Source: an uncultured Verrucomicrobiota bacterium
GTDB taxonomy: Bacteria; Verrucomicrobiota; Kiritimatiellia; CAIQIC01; Lenti-01
NCBI GenBank assembly: GCA_964393515.1
Contig: CAYMTY010000006.1
Coordinates: 38,334 to 102,333, forward strand
Reading direction: 5' to 3'
DNA: 64,000 nt
Shown one piece after another: positions 26,401 through 32,841 of the stretch (position 1 is the stretch's first letter; each line of letters begins with the position of its first letter). The position numbers and the translations under genes are program-made. The notes beneath the pieces were generated by a model. The model saw only the letters and a list, made by a program, of their open reading frames with translations. It did not search any database and was not told where the DNA came from.

Positions 26401-29015
26401 AAGTCCGCCGCCCCCATCGTTCCCGAACTCAGGAACCGAATTCCCGTGTTCGTCGAGATCCAGGCGCTGACGTTGAAATTCGTCGGCGTGCGGTTGGTCT
26501 CGGTGGCGGCCCCCGCCAGCTGGACCAGCCGGTTGGAGGTCGCCCAGTTGTTGCTGGAAATCCACACGTCCACGTAGTCCGTGCCCCCGTCCAGCCCCGA
26601 CCGGCGGTAGTTGAACGACAACACCGCGTTCGTGTGTCCCGACAGGTCCGCCTGGCGGCCGTAGCCGCGGCCGGCGTTGCCGACCATCATTGCATAGGCC
26701 TCCAGCGGGATGCCGTTGGTGACGTCGGCCTTGATCTGCGCGCCGCCGGCCGCCACGCCGTCCGATTCACCGAACTCCTGCCAGCCGGACAGCCACGGGA
26801 TGTTCCCGTTGCTGTTGGTGACCGTCCGTTCGTCGAACCGGTCCGCCACCACGTTGGTTTGGCTGCCGGAAAGCTGGATCTGCGCGGATCCCGGCACGTA
26901 CGTCACCCCCAGCGGCACCGGGTCGTCGATCTGGATGCCCGTGAAGACCACCGTCCCGGTGTTGACCACCGTGATCGTGTAGGTCAAATTGGTCCCCGGC
27001 TCCAGCAGGTTCGTCGAGCTGGACGTCTTGGCGATCGACAGTCCCGGCACCCGCACCGGAACCGTCCAGCCGCCCGACCAGTTGCCGTTGGTGCCGCCCA
27101 CCGTCGCGTTGTTGTGGATGTAGCCGTCGAACCCCGACGGCAGGTTGGTCAGCACCTGCGTCACGTAGCGGATCGTCGTCGTCGCCCCCATCGCCAGCGC
27201 GCCGACGTTGTAGCCGCCCTCGTCGAACGGGAACGGCGTCAGCTTGGGCGGCACGCTGTCGTAGATCCCGTTGGTGATTCCCCCGGAGGCCATGGCCGAC
27301 GTGTTGGTCACGTACGACGTCAGGTTGGTCGGCAGGTCGTCCTCGAAGATCACGTTGTTGGCCGCCGCGAAGCCCACGTTCACCACGTCCACGAAGTACT
27401 CGATCGTGTCGCCGGAGTCGGCGTAGCCGTTGGTGTTGAGGTCGGTCAGCAGCGACGCGAACTTCTTCGAGATGATCGTCGGGAAGGACGGGATGGCATA
27501 GCCCATGTCGAGGTAGGGATTGCCCGTCTGCGCCCACTCCGGATCCTCCCCCCACGCGCCCAGCAGCACCGTGCCGTCCACCGTGTAGAACCGCATGCCG
27601 GTCTGGTCCTCGTCGGTCATGTCGGCCAGCCGCACCGACTGCAGCGCGGTCACGTTGGTCGAATAGTCGTAGTAGTTGCCCAGCGGGTCCACCAGCGACC
27701 CCGTTTCCGGATCGCTGTCGTAGTCCACGTAGATCGTCGTGTTCGTCTCCGCCGCCACCCAGACCGGACTGCCGTTCGTGCCGGCCGCGGTCGTGCCGTA
27801 GCCCGGCCCCCAGCCCACGACGCCCATCGTGGACATCATGCTCACCGGCATCAGCCCGATGCCCCAGTCGTAGGTCTGGCAGTGCTGCACGTACCCGTAC
27901 AGCGTGCCCCCCCCCACCGACGTGTCGAACGGATTCACCCCGATGAACGGCAGGCCGTTGGTCGTGTAGAACCGCGCCGCCCCGCCCACCGGCATCGTAA
28001 ACACGTCGTAGACGTCGTTGGGCGGGATGTCGAACGTCCCCGTGTTCGTCGCCGTCACGTAGGTGACCGTGATTGTCTCCGCGTTCGGATTGAACAGGTA
28101 CACCAGCGCCAGATAGGTGTTGCCGCCGGCCGTCCGCGAGCCCACCGGCGTGAAGTAGTCGGTGCCCCACTGGTGCTCCGGCCACAGTTCGAACCAGCGC
28201 ATTTCGTAGGTCGAGCCGACGTCGCCCGTCACCAGTTGGCACTGGAACGGCTGGCTGCCCTTCACCGTCGCCCCCTGCATCACGTTGCCGTTCACGAAGT
28301 ACGGCTCGCCCTCGTCGAGATATACCGTCTGCTCGTACGTCCCGTCGTTGTCCGCATCGACGTCGATGCGCGTGTAGTCGTGTTCCGCCAGGACGTAGAA
28401 CGCCGTGTAGCTGAACATGCTGTTCGTGCCGAAGCCCGTGCCCGTGTCCACCCCCACCGGCGCCCGGTACAACGTGCCGTGCGTGCCGGCATCGAAAACC
28501 CCGGTCGCCTCCGCCAGCACCTCGCCCGGCTCCACCGCGTACATCGCGCGCGACATCGCGATGGGATAGTTCACCAGCACCTTGTCGCGACCGTCGTATT
28601 CGATCGTCACGCTGTTGCGCGTCACGTCGATCGTGCTCTCCAGCCGCACCACGTCGCCCGCCTCCAGCACGTCGTCCGGAAACCCCGGCGGATACCCGTT
28701 GCCGGGGTTGGCATCGCCCCAGACCCGGCTCGTGGTCTGCGTCGGATTCGTCGCGTCGTCCTCGTAGCCGTCCTCCCAGTGGTCGTAGTACATCATCGTG
28801 CCGTCCGACCCCACCACCATCGAAATCGCCGACTGCATCACGTCGCCGATCAGCCCGCGGTACGCGTCGATCGAGTTCAGCGAGATCTGCATGTCGTCTT
28901 CCGGCAACGGCACGTAGAACGTTTGCAGCACGTTCGCGGCCGGCGCGTTCGCGGACCAAGCCACGGCCGCCCAAGCGACCGCCCCCCTCCACCATTTTCC
29001 CGTCCGGATGTTCAT
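17475..29015 (-). CDS. Giant secreted multi-domain surface protein 1 (about 3846 aa). It has DUF11-like and SdrD-B-like repeats, two glycine-rich modules, a shared clan-CD (C25/gingipain-like) peptidase-like module and C-terminal FG-GAP/VCBS repeats.
   Basis: Signal peptide MNIRTGKWWRGAVAWAAVAWSANAPA. Other evidence: WGGGGGARETG...GRVVVAYD glycine-rich blocks (twice), VGDRVWFDVNGDGIQDSGE, the His/Cys pair in FTGHGGAKNWSA ... VALTCLAGRFE, and FG-GAP-like DYDGDGxxD repeats (seven copies). Confidence 0.8.
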   Translation of the reverse strand: MNIRTGKWWRGAVAWAAVAWSANAPAANVLQTFYVPLPEDDMQISLNSIDAYRGLIGDVMQSAISMVVGSDGTMMYYDHWEDGYEDDATNPTQTTSRVWGDANPGNGYPPGFPDDVLEAGDVVRLESTIDVTRNSVTIEYDGRDKVLVNYPIAMSRAMYAVEPGEVLAEATGVFDAGTHGTLYRAPVGVDTGTGFGTNSMFSYTAFYVLAEHDYTRIDVDADNDGTYEQTVYLDEGEPYFVNGNVMQGATVKGSQPFQCQLVTGDVGSTYEMRWFELWPEHQWGTDYFTPVGSRTAGGNTYLALVYLFNPNAETITVTYVTATNTGTFDIPPNDVYDVFTMPVGGAARFYTTNGLPFIGVNPFDTSVGGGTLYGYVQHCQTYDWGIGLMPVSMMSTMGVVGWGPGYGTTAAGTNGSPVWVAAETNTTIYVDYDSDPETGSLVDPLGNYYDYSTNVTALQSVRLADMTDEDQTGMRFYTVDGTVLLGAWGEDPEWAQTGNPYLDMGYAIPSFPTIISKKFASLLTDLNTNGYADSGDTIEYFVDVVNVGFAAANNVIFEDDLPTNLTSYVTNTSAMASGGITNGIYDSVPPKLTPFPFDEGGYNVGALAMGATTTIRYVTQVLTNLPSGFDGYIHNNATVGGTNGNWSGGWTVPVRVPGLSIAKTSSSTNLLEPGTNLTYTITVVNTGTVVFTGIQIDDPVPLGVTYVPGSAQIQLSGSQTNVVADRFDERTVTNSNGNIPWLSGWQEFGESDGVAAGGAQIKADVTNGIPLEAYAMMVGNAGRGYGRQADLSGHTNAVLSFNYRRSGLDGGTDYVDVWISSNNWATSNRLVQLAGAATETNRTPTNFNVSAWISTNTGIRFLSSGTMGAADFVWFDNVAFTLAGSNATFLGESPPLIAQNLTLPPGGTITMTYDVTVDQPPVATQVVNVASLRSDQNRDAGSVTNQINAIADLVFQKTSGTTNYLAAGTNLVYTIVVSNRGTLAQTGIHLEDALPLGMTFVSAQLIRPFPHTNEFLDRFDLQAYTNSDGNVAWTGPWTEIADDDSPTAGNVQIAVDGDSIPGQTYALRTATTDGIQREANLAGYTNATLWFDYRRVGLEADDYVNVSVSSNGGSTFTQVGQVGGATNDGSYFSASFNVSAYASTGTVIRFAGSANRTATDYVWLDNVRIAASATSATNALPPPPLLLDGYALPPGTNMTVKVEVQVNDPLEAIEFVNVATLWSDQQIPLASSVTNEAVGTPGLLFTKTSSLAGNWNYGETNTYTITLQNTGTVALTGIRLSDPLPAGTTYVPGSVTATSSNPAGGLVSATNDSTTTFTVPAGITSLTVRAWGGGGGARETGNTTRRSGGGGGAFAESTVTVVPGSTYNVVVGTGGAAADPGQNGGSSYFSLGATTNVLAAGGGGAPADNTAGAAGSAAASIGTTRYSGGAGGLRGTAGGGGGGGSAFTNANGNAGGAGGAALGGTGGTGTGAGGNGGNNGQPGLNGNAPGGGGGGEGEGSAVGGDGAAGRVVVAYDTSGAISGTLGAPPNLWTNGSLSTGAWITITFQATLDFPLAATQFVNTATTTNNQTPPQSASVTNVSVANAVGDFVWFDVDGDGVQDGGEAGLTGVVVRVYDAASNLLAATTSGVAGAYAFTNLPSGSYFLEFVTPTNFLPTAQDQGGDDALDSDISTNTGRTAVFALSGGTNDTTRDAGYYQPPSSIGDFVWNDADGDGVQDGGETGMPDVVVTLYDASSNVVGVTTSSSAGAYAFTNLMASTYFVGYSLPTGFTFAPQDQGGNDAFDSDASPVTGRTAPFYLPPGTADDSRDAGYVAAVYGLTATKTSSAGACLAPGATNTYTIVVQNTGTVAQTGIALEDVLPPGVTYVADSVRATFYNPTGGVVTLTNNASTTFTVPAGITSATVQAWGGGGGGATRTSNGGGGGGGGGAYSRAAVAVLPGSNYVVNVGASGAANTAGGDSWFSLGSTTGVLARGGSGGVNNSATGAAGGSAATGIGDTLYAGGNGANGSGTSYGGGGGSSAGTGAAGNNAANQTGAAAPAGGGAGGNGRSGTQGNGTAGNAPGGGGGGGLRTGSGTRTGGAGAAGRIVLSYDTSQATSGALGAPPNLWTGGVLDTGATVTITFQATVDSPSAVTQILNTASAYSSVQPATQSSVTNCVQYADVGVTKFVTETEPDQTAIIDYWVVATNNGPDTATGLELTDVLPADVQYNSHSNGTYNPVSGIWSVGSLAVGASTTLYFNVTVYEGTGGKRITNSAAVTARDLYDPVPSNDVSAVVIVPKGGATVGDRVWFDVNGDGIQDSGETNGIPDVPVALMNTNGMVVTSMVTTAEGAYLFANIVPGTYYIRFDLSGLDTNYTALSPALQGGDTALDSDAVNGGVGGYAWTTNFVLAGAQTNLTLDLGLGPLGSTRAELAEVWGEWRGEAGQVAWRTSSEFDTAGFCVYRVDPDTGEETRLNAELVPSALQEDGAEYTLADPAAVAGGRGLYRLEEAELTGGTVDHGTHEIQFVPPPPAPRTARAAKAAPRDVAPKKLAGPSPVLKVLFKQEGLYGVSLQAIADGMGLAREDVQALAEENGLAFTEQGAPVPVIYDTANGRMVFHGKPTDNWYARDNAVLIEAGEGLPMARREPGAAAGGTVFPVQVRFEEDQGIGNATMTELPEDWYYWKMVTASVNPALNRVDFPFVLNGYAGGPVTLTADLLGWTRTDRTPDHRAEFFVNGVALGALEFDDQKAATATLTIPEGVAMAGANTLTVRGALPAAGLYSYFVVDGFTAAYNRRLDPGAGTVHFRTDGAGVSAAAFAAPLAVALDDDGVPAWIADESGALSDKTWAAANGERFALVETAELPLLAPEAAAADAWFLAADNRIDYLVVASRALAETAQELSDYRAGQGLRSGVAVFEDVCDLLTGGLRTPEAIPELLAYAQTTWTEAPWMVVLAGNGHYDYLGVKSNEVNHLPPLLLATMEGLFAADGLFADADGDALPDVALGRLPARNAADLAAMIAKIKAFETEFGADWQNQLVLATDTADDAAGSFMKVNDRIAALKDTAHPLAARINLDTTAIAAARMSLSNWFKAGVGFVHFTGHGGAKNWSAKNLLKDTDVHVMANARKPVAVALTCLAGRFEMPGVDNLGEVLLQRATGGAVAAWSPSGLSRNAPAGDLGVAFYRAVLQEGCGRLGLAILQARRAVQTEFISRDTLAVYNLLGDPALKIAGNTDRQALVLTVNSQPPEGGTAGGGGVYPSGARATLTATTSNHWDFAGWSDGVTRNPRTVTVTHGGMAYTALFQRQLAQVSVAADPPEGGTVAGGGTCGVGELVKLTAEAASNWEFTGWTDGELANPRMIMVPAGGRTYTATFRRLTAVVEVTADPAAGGTVAGGGTYDQGTQVRISAAPNPGWAFTGWSDGSLENPRTIRVPADGAAYSARFHSYSADRDAALNAPGLTWTTGGSAPWFSQSHTTYDGVEALQSGAIGHGQRSWLETTMTGPGWISFWWKASSQPNQDVLRLWINGAPKAAISGESGWQWKSWRIPGAATLRWEYAKDRRGAKGADAGWLDQVLWWPRGPFGQLHDFDGDGLADFSRYGLKFRFWFQSRSSLGLRALRFGTSLTLPAVADYDGDGMTDLAVFQPSSGNWHIRPSAGGKDRVVKLGPAAAACPVPGDYDGDGIGDPAVYHRANSRWQVRPSGGGAEWHVAFGLPGMVPVPADYDGDGRTDLAMHATAGGRWHILRSSDGQPVQKTLGGGAALPVPADYDGDGQADLAVFARKTATWTIANSTGGNRTARFGTQEKNPVPVPADYDGDGKADLAVFFPGSGKWLVLKSTNGAIIQRNGGIGTPTLPQAQILYCLRLL

Positions 29016-29034
29016 GGTCGTGGACTCTCTCAAT

Positions 29035-29110
29035 TAAAGAGATAAAAACCTTTTACCTCTCGCATGCCCCCCACCGTACGCGCCGATTATTTGAGAATTA
29101 TTAAGGACCC
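29035..29110. promoter_or_regulatory. AT-rich island immediately upstream of giant gene 1. Candidate promoter/regulatory region.
   Basis: CTCTCAATTAAAGAGATAAAAACCTTTTACC... sits within a genome that is about 70% GC. Confidence 0.3.
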
Positions 29111-29231
29111 CCCAAACCCGTTAGATATCTTCCGAAACGGTCTTTTCCGCTTCCGAAAAGACGCAGATGAAGTCGCTGGTCATACGACATCGGCGGACTC
29201 GACAGGCGCGGCGCCGAGCCGCCACGCCCCG

Positions 29232-29954
29232 TTATTTCGGCATCGCGTCGCGCAAGGTTTTCATCGCGACTTCGCCCAGGCAGACTTTGTGCGAACTGCC
29301 CCGGAACACGATTTGCTGTCCGGAACAATCGCCCCCGTCGCGCAAGGTCTGGATTTCCGCCAGATTCACGATGGTCGAGCGGTCCAGCGCTTTGAAGGTT
29401 TTTTCCGGCAGGATTTCGCGCCACTCGCGCAGGGGGCGGCTGTGCAGGAATTCCCGGCCGTCGCGGACCAGCACCCGCGTGTAGATGCGCTCGCCCACGA
29501 TCGCCTGGATCTGGCCGACGGGCACCAGATGCCGTTCGTCGCCCAGCTTGAACGACTGCATGTCGTCCGGAGAGAGCCGGCCAGCCTCGGATTTCGCCGC
29601 CGTCGCCAGCCGCGCCCGCAGCCGCGCCACGGCGCGCGCCAGCGTGTCTTGCATCACCGGCTTGAGCAGGTAGTCCGCCGCGTCGATCTCGAACCCTTTG
29701 ACCGCGTAGTGCGGATGGGACGTCGTGATGACCACCTGCGGCCGCCATTTCGCCGCCTCGAGCGCCTTGAAACCCTTCTGGCGGCCCAAATGGATGTCCA
29801 GAAACACCGCGTCCGGCCGTTCCCGGTCGATCAGCGCCGTCGCGGACTCCAGCGAGTCCGCCTCGCCCGCGATTTCCACGTCCGGATGGTCTTCCAGCAG
29901 CGTCTTCAGGTTCAGCCGGTCGATTTCCTCGTCGTCAACGATGATCGCTCTCAT
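29232..29954 (-). CDS. LytTR-family response regulator.
   Basis: Receiver domain MRAIIVDDEEIDRLNLKTLLED...VFLDIHL plus a C-terminal LytTR DNA-binding domain. Confidence 0.85.
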   Translation of the reverse strand: MRAIIVDDEEIDRLNLKTLLEDHPDVEIAGEADSLESATALIDRERPDAVFLDIHLGRQKGFKALEAAKWRPQVVITTSHPHYAVKGFEIDAADYLLKPVMQDTLARAVARLRARLATAAKSEAGRLSPDDMQSFKLGDERHLVPVGQIQAIVGERIYTRVLVRDGREFLHSRPLREWREILPEKTFKALDRSTIVNLAEIQTLRDGGDCSGQQIVFRGSSHKVCLGEVAMKTLRDAMPK

Positions 29955-32778
29955 CCCGCTCTCCCGTTTCGTCCACTTCGTCCCATTCCACCCGGAAGCG
30001 CGCGCCGCCCTCCGGACGGTTCTCCGCGCGCACCCGGCCGCCGAGCAACTGCGCGTTGGTCTGCACCACGTACAGGCCCAGGCCCACGCCGTGATCGAAA
30101 TCCGCCACGGCGGGCACGCCGCGGCTAAAGGCCTCGAAGGTGACCGCCACGTCGTCCGGCAAGCCCGGCCCCTCGTCCGCCACCTCGAACGCGAACCGCC
30201 CCGGTTCCCGCTCGAAGCGCACGTCCACGGCCTTGCCCGCCGGCGTGAACTTGACCGCGTTGTGCACGAGATTGATCAGGATTTGCGCCAGCCGCAGCGG
30301 ATCGCTGCGGAGAGTCCGGCCCGCCAGCGGTTCCGCCGGCCAGCGCAGCGCGACCTGGCGCGCATCCGCGATGGGCTGCAGGATGTCGCGCACGCTCTGC
30401 GCCCAGTCGGCCAGCGCCACCGTGCGCCAATGCACGCGCGGCTGGCCGCCTTCCGTCGCCGACAGGTCCAGCAGATTGGTCAGCATCAGGTTCAGGTGCC
30501 GTCCGCCGGACCGGATCTGCTCCAGCATCCGGAGGAAATCCTCCGGCAACCCGCGCCGCTCGCCCAGGCGGACCATCGCCTGCGACAACCCCACCAGCGC
30601 GCTCAGCGGCGTACGGATTTCGTGGCTCATGTTCGCCAGGAACAGGCCCTTGGCGCGGTTGGCCTGTTCGGCCGCCTCCTTGGCTTGTTCCAGCTCGTCC
30701 TGGCGCGCCCGCAGCGCCTCTTCGATCCGCCGCAGCTCGGTCACGTCCGCGAACGTGCCCCGCAACCGCACCGGCTTGCCCGGCATCCGTTCGCCGCGCG
30801 CGATCGCATGGTGCCACTCTCCGTCAGCCCGGCGGAAATCGACCGGCACGGCGTAGGGTTCGCCGGTGGCCCGGCAGTGGTCCATGGCCGCCTCTAGGTG
30901 CTCGGCGGATTCCGGCGCGCAGAACCGCCTCTGCGCCGCGAACGGCGGCGCCCGACCCGCCGGTTCCAGTCCGAAAATCCGGAAAATTTCCGCCGACCAT
31001 TCGACGACGTCCGCGGCCGGCTCCCATTGCCAGCTGCCTACGTGCGCGATGCGCTGGGCTTCGGCCAAGTCGGCCTCGCGCGCGCGGACGGCCTCTTCCG
31101 CGCGCTTGCGCTCCGTCAGGTCCACGAAGGTCGTCAGCAGCAGGTCGTTCACGGCGGCGACGCTGGCGAGGACGTCGCGCGGCGTGCCGTCCTTGCAGAC
31201 AATCCGGAATTCGCCGCCGGCCATATTGCGCCGGCCCGGATCGGCCGCGACCGTATTCCACCACGCCCGCGCCTGCGCGCGATAGGCCGCGTCCGGATAG
31301 GCCCGCTCGAACCAGTCGTCCAGCGTCCGGATTTCGGCCGGACTATAGCCGAACAGCTGCGTGAACCGGTCGTTGATGAAGACCTCCCCCGCGCCGGAAC
31401 GCGGGGAAAACACGCGCACGGCCGTCGGCATCTTGTCCAGGATACGGCGCAAATCGCGTTCGGCCGAACGGCGGACTTCCGCTTCGCGCGCGTCGCGCGC
31501 GGCCTGCGCCTGCGCCGACTCCTTGTCCGCGCGCAGTTGCCGCACGCGGTCGGCCATCGCCGCCTGGAACAGCGCGAACGCGAAGGCCAAGCCGCCCATC
31601 GTCAGGACGTTCGGCGGCGCGAGGGCCGGCAGCCAGCGCCACATCTGCAAGATCTCGACCGTCACCAAAACCCAGAACGCGGCCCACGCCGACAGATAGA
31701 ACCGCGCCGTGCGGTTGCCCCGGCGCCAGGCCGCCGCCGCGATGCCCATCACGACCGCGCCGGCCAGCAGATCCACGGCCTGCACCGCGACCAGGCGCGG
31801 CCGATACGCCCCGAATGCCGCCCAGACGGCCAGCGCCGCGCAAGCCGCCGCCCCCCCCCGCAGGAGTTTGTCCGTTCGCGGAAAGGTCGTGCGCAGCTCG
31901 AAAAACCAGCGCGCATAACCCAGCAGCCCCAGCACGCCCAGCGCGTTGAAGACCAGCGTGCCGTTCGTGGTGCCGAACCGCCACCCCGGCCAGCCCAGAT
32001 GCCGCCAATAGCCCGTCAGCCCCAGGAAATAGAGGCCCATCGCCGCGATGGTCGCCGCATAGATCAGATAGCCCCGGTCGCGCGCGGACAGCGCGAAGAT
32101 GAACCCCGTCGCGGCCAAGGTGGCGAACGCACCGAAGCAAAACAGGAAAAACAACCCGTCGTGGTCCACCTGCGCGGCAAAGGACTCGGGAGAAAAGACC
32201 GCCAGCGGAATCCGCACCTGCATCGGCGTCCGCACGCGCAGGAAAACCTCCGCGGTTTCGTCCGGCGCCAAATCGATGGCCAGGGCCGGATACAGCCCGA
32301 AGACCGTGCCCCGCCCGCGCTGAAAGCGGTTGCCGCCGGCCGCATGTTCCGCCGGTCCGTTCATCCGCACCACGTGCCAGTCGATTTCCTCGAAGCGCAC
32401 GTGCCGCAGCCCCACGAACCACTTCGCCGTCGCGGGCCGCGCCGACCGCAGCGCGAACCGCACCCAGACCGCGTCGTCGGTGAAGCCCAGGCGGACCGGG
32501 TCCTCCCGGGCCGGCGCGAAACGCCCTTCCGCCGCCGCCGCTTGCGCCTCGGCCAGCGTCAGTTGCCCGCTTGGATCGCGCAAAATCCCCAGGTGCGGCG
32601 CCAGCCGCACCTGTTCCGTCTCCGGCGCCAGCACCGCCGGCGCCTGCGCGGGCGCGGACCATCCCCTCGCCAGCAACCCCGCCAAGAACACCGTCTGGAG
32701 AACCCGCCTCACCCCCGGAATGGTGCCCCATCCCCGGGCCCATGGCAAGCCCATCTCAGCCCCAACGGTTTCCAGCAT
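29935..32778 (-). CDS. Sensor histidine kinase with an N-terminal 7TMR-DISM (extracellular DISMED2 plus 7TM) module, PAS, HisKA and HATPase domains.
   Basis: Signal peptide, a roughly 200-aa extracellular domain, seven TM helices, PAS (TAVRVFSPRSGAGEVFINDRF), H-box MSHEIRTPLSAL and G-box GVGLGLYVV. Confidence 0.8.
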   Translation of the reverse strand: MLETVGAEMGLPWARGWGTIPGVRRVLQTVFLAGLLARGWSAPAQAPAVLAPETEQVRLAPHLGILRDPSGQLTLAEAQAAAAEGRFAPAREDPVRLGFTDDAVWVRFALRSARPATAKWFVGLRHVRFEEIDWHVVRMNGPAEHAAGGNRFQRGRGTVFGLYPALAIDLAPDETAEVFLRVRTPMQVRIPLAVFSPESFAAQVDHDGLFFLFCFGAFATLAATGFIFALSARDRGYLIYAATIAAMGLYFLGLTGYWRHLGWPGWRFGTTNGTLVFNALGVLGLLGYARWFFELRTTFPRTDKLLRGGAAACAALAVWAAFGAYRPRLVAVQAVDLLAGAVVMGIAAAAWRRGNRTARFYLSAWAAFWVLVTVEILQMWRWLPALAPPNVLTMGGLAFAFALFQAAMADRVRQLRADKESAQAQAARDAREAEVRRSAERDLRRILDKMPTAVRVFSPRSGAGEVFINDRFTQLFGYSPAEIRTLDDWFERAYPDAAYRAQARAWWNTVAADPGRRNMAGGEFRIVCKDGTPRDVLASVAAVNDLLLTTFVDLTERKRAEEAVRAREADLAEAQRIAHVGSWQWEPAADVVEWSAEIFRIFGLEPAGRAPPFAAQRRFCAPESAEHLEAAMDHCRATGEPYAVPVDFRRADGEWHHAIARGERMPGKPVRLRGTFADVTELRRIEEALRARQDELEQAKEAAEQANRAKGLFLANMSHEIRTPLSALVGLSQAMVRLGERRGLPEDFLRMLEQIRSGGRHLNLMLTNLLDLSATEGGQPRVHWRTVALADWAQSVRDILQPIADARQVALRWPAEPLAGRTLRSDPLRLAQILINLVHNAVKFTPAGKAVDVRFEREPGRFAFEVADEGPGLPDDVAVTFEAFSRGVPAVADFDHGVGLGLYVVQTNAQLLGGRVRAENRPEGGARFRVEWDEVDETGERDESDHR

Positions 32779-32841
32779 GCGGACAGCCGACGGCCCCCGC
32801 CCCTCCGCAAGCCTGCGACGAAAGGCCCTGGGCCGGCTGTT

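Noticed and set aside
29140-29170. Hairpin CTTTTCCG-cttc-CGAAAAG read as a terminator after the LytTR gene.
   Set aside because: The stem is short (6-7 bp) with no U-tract, and it lies in what more plausibly functions as the giant-gene promoter region.
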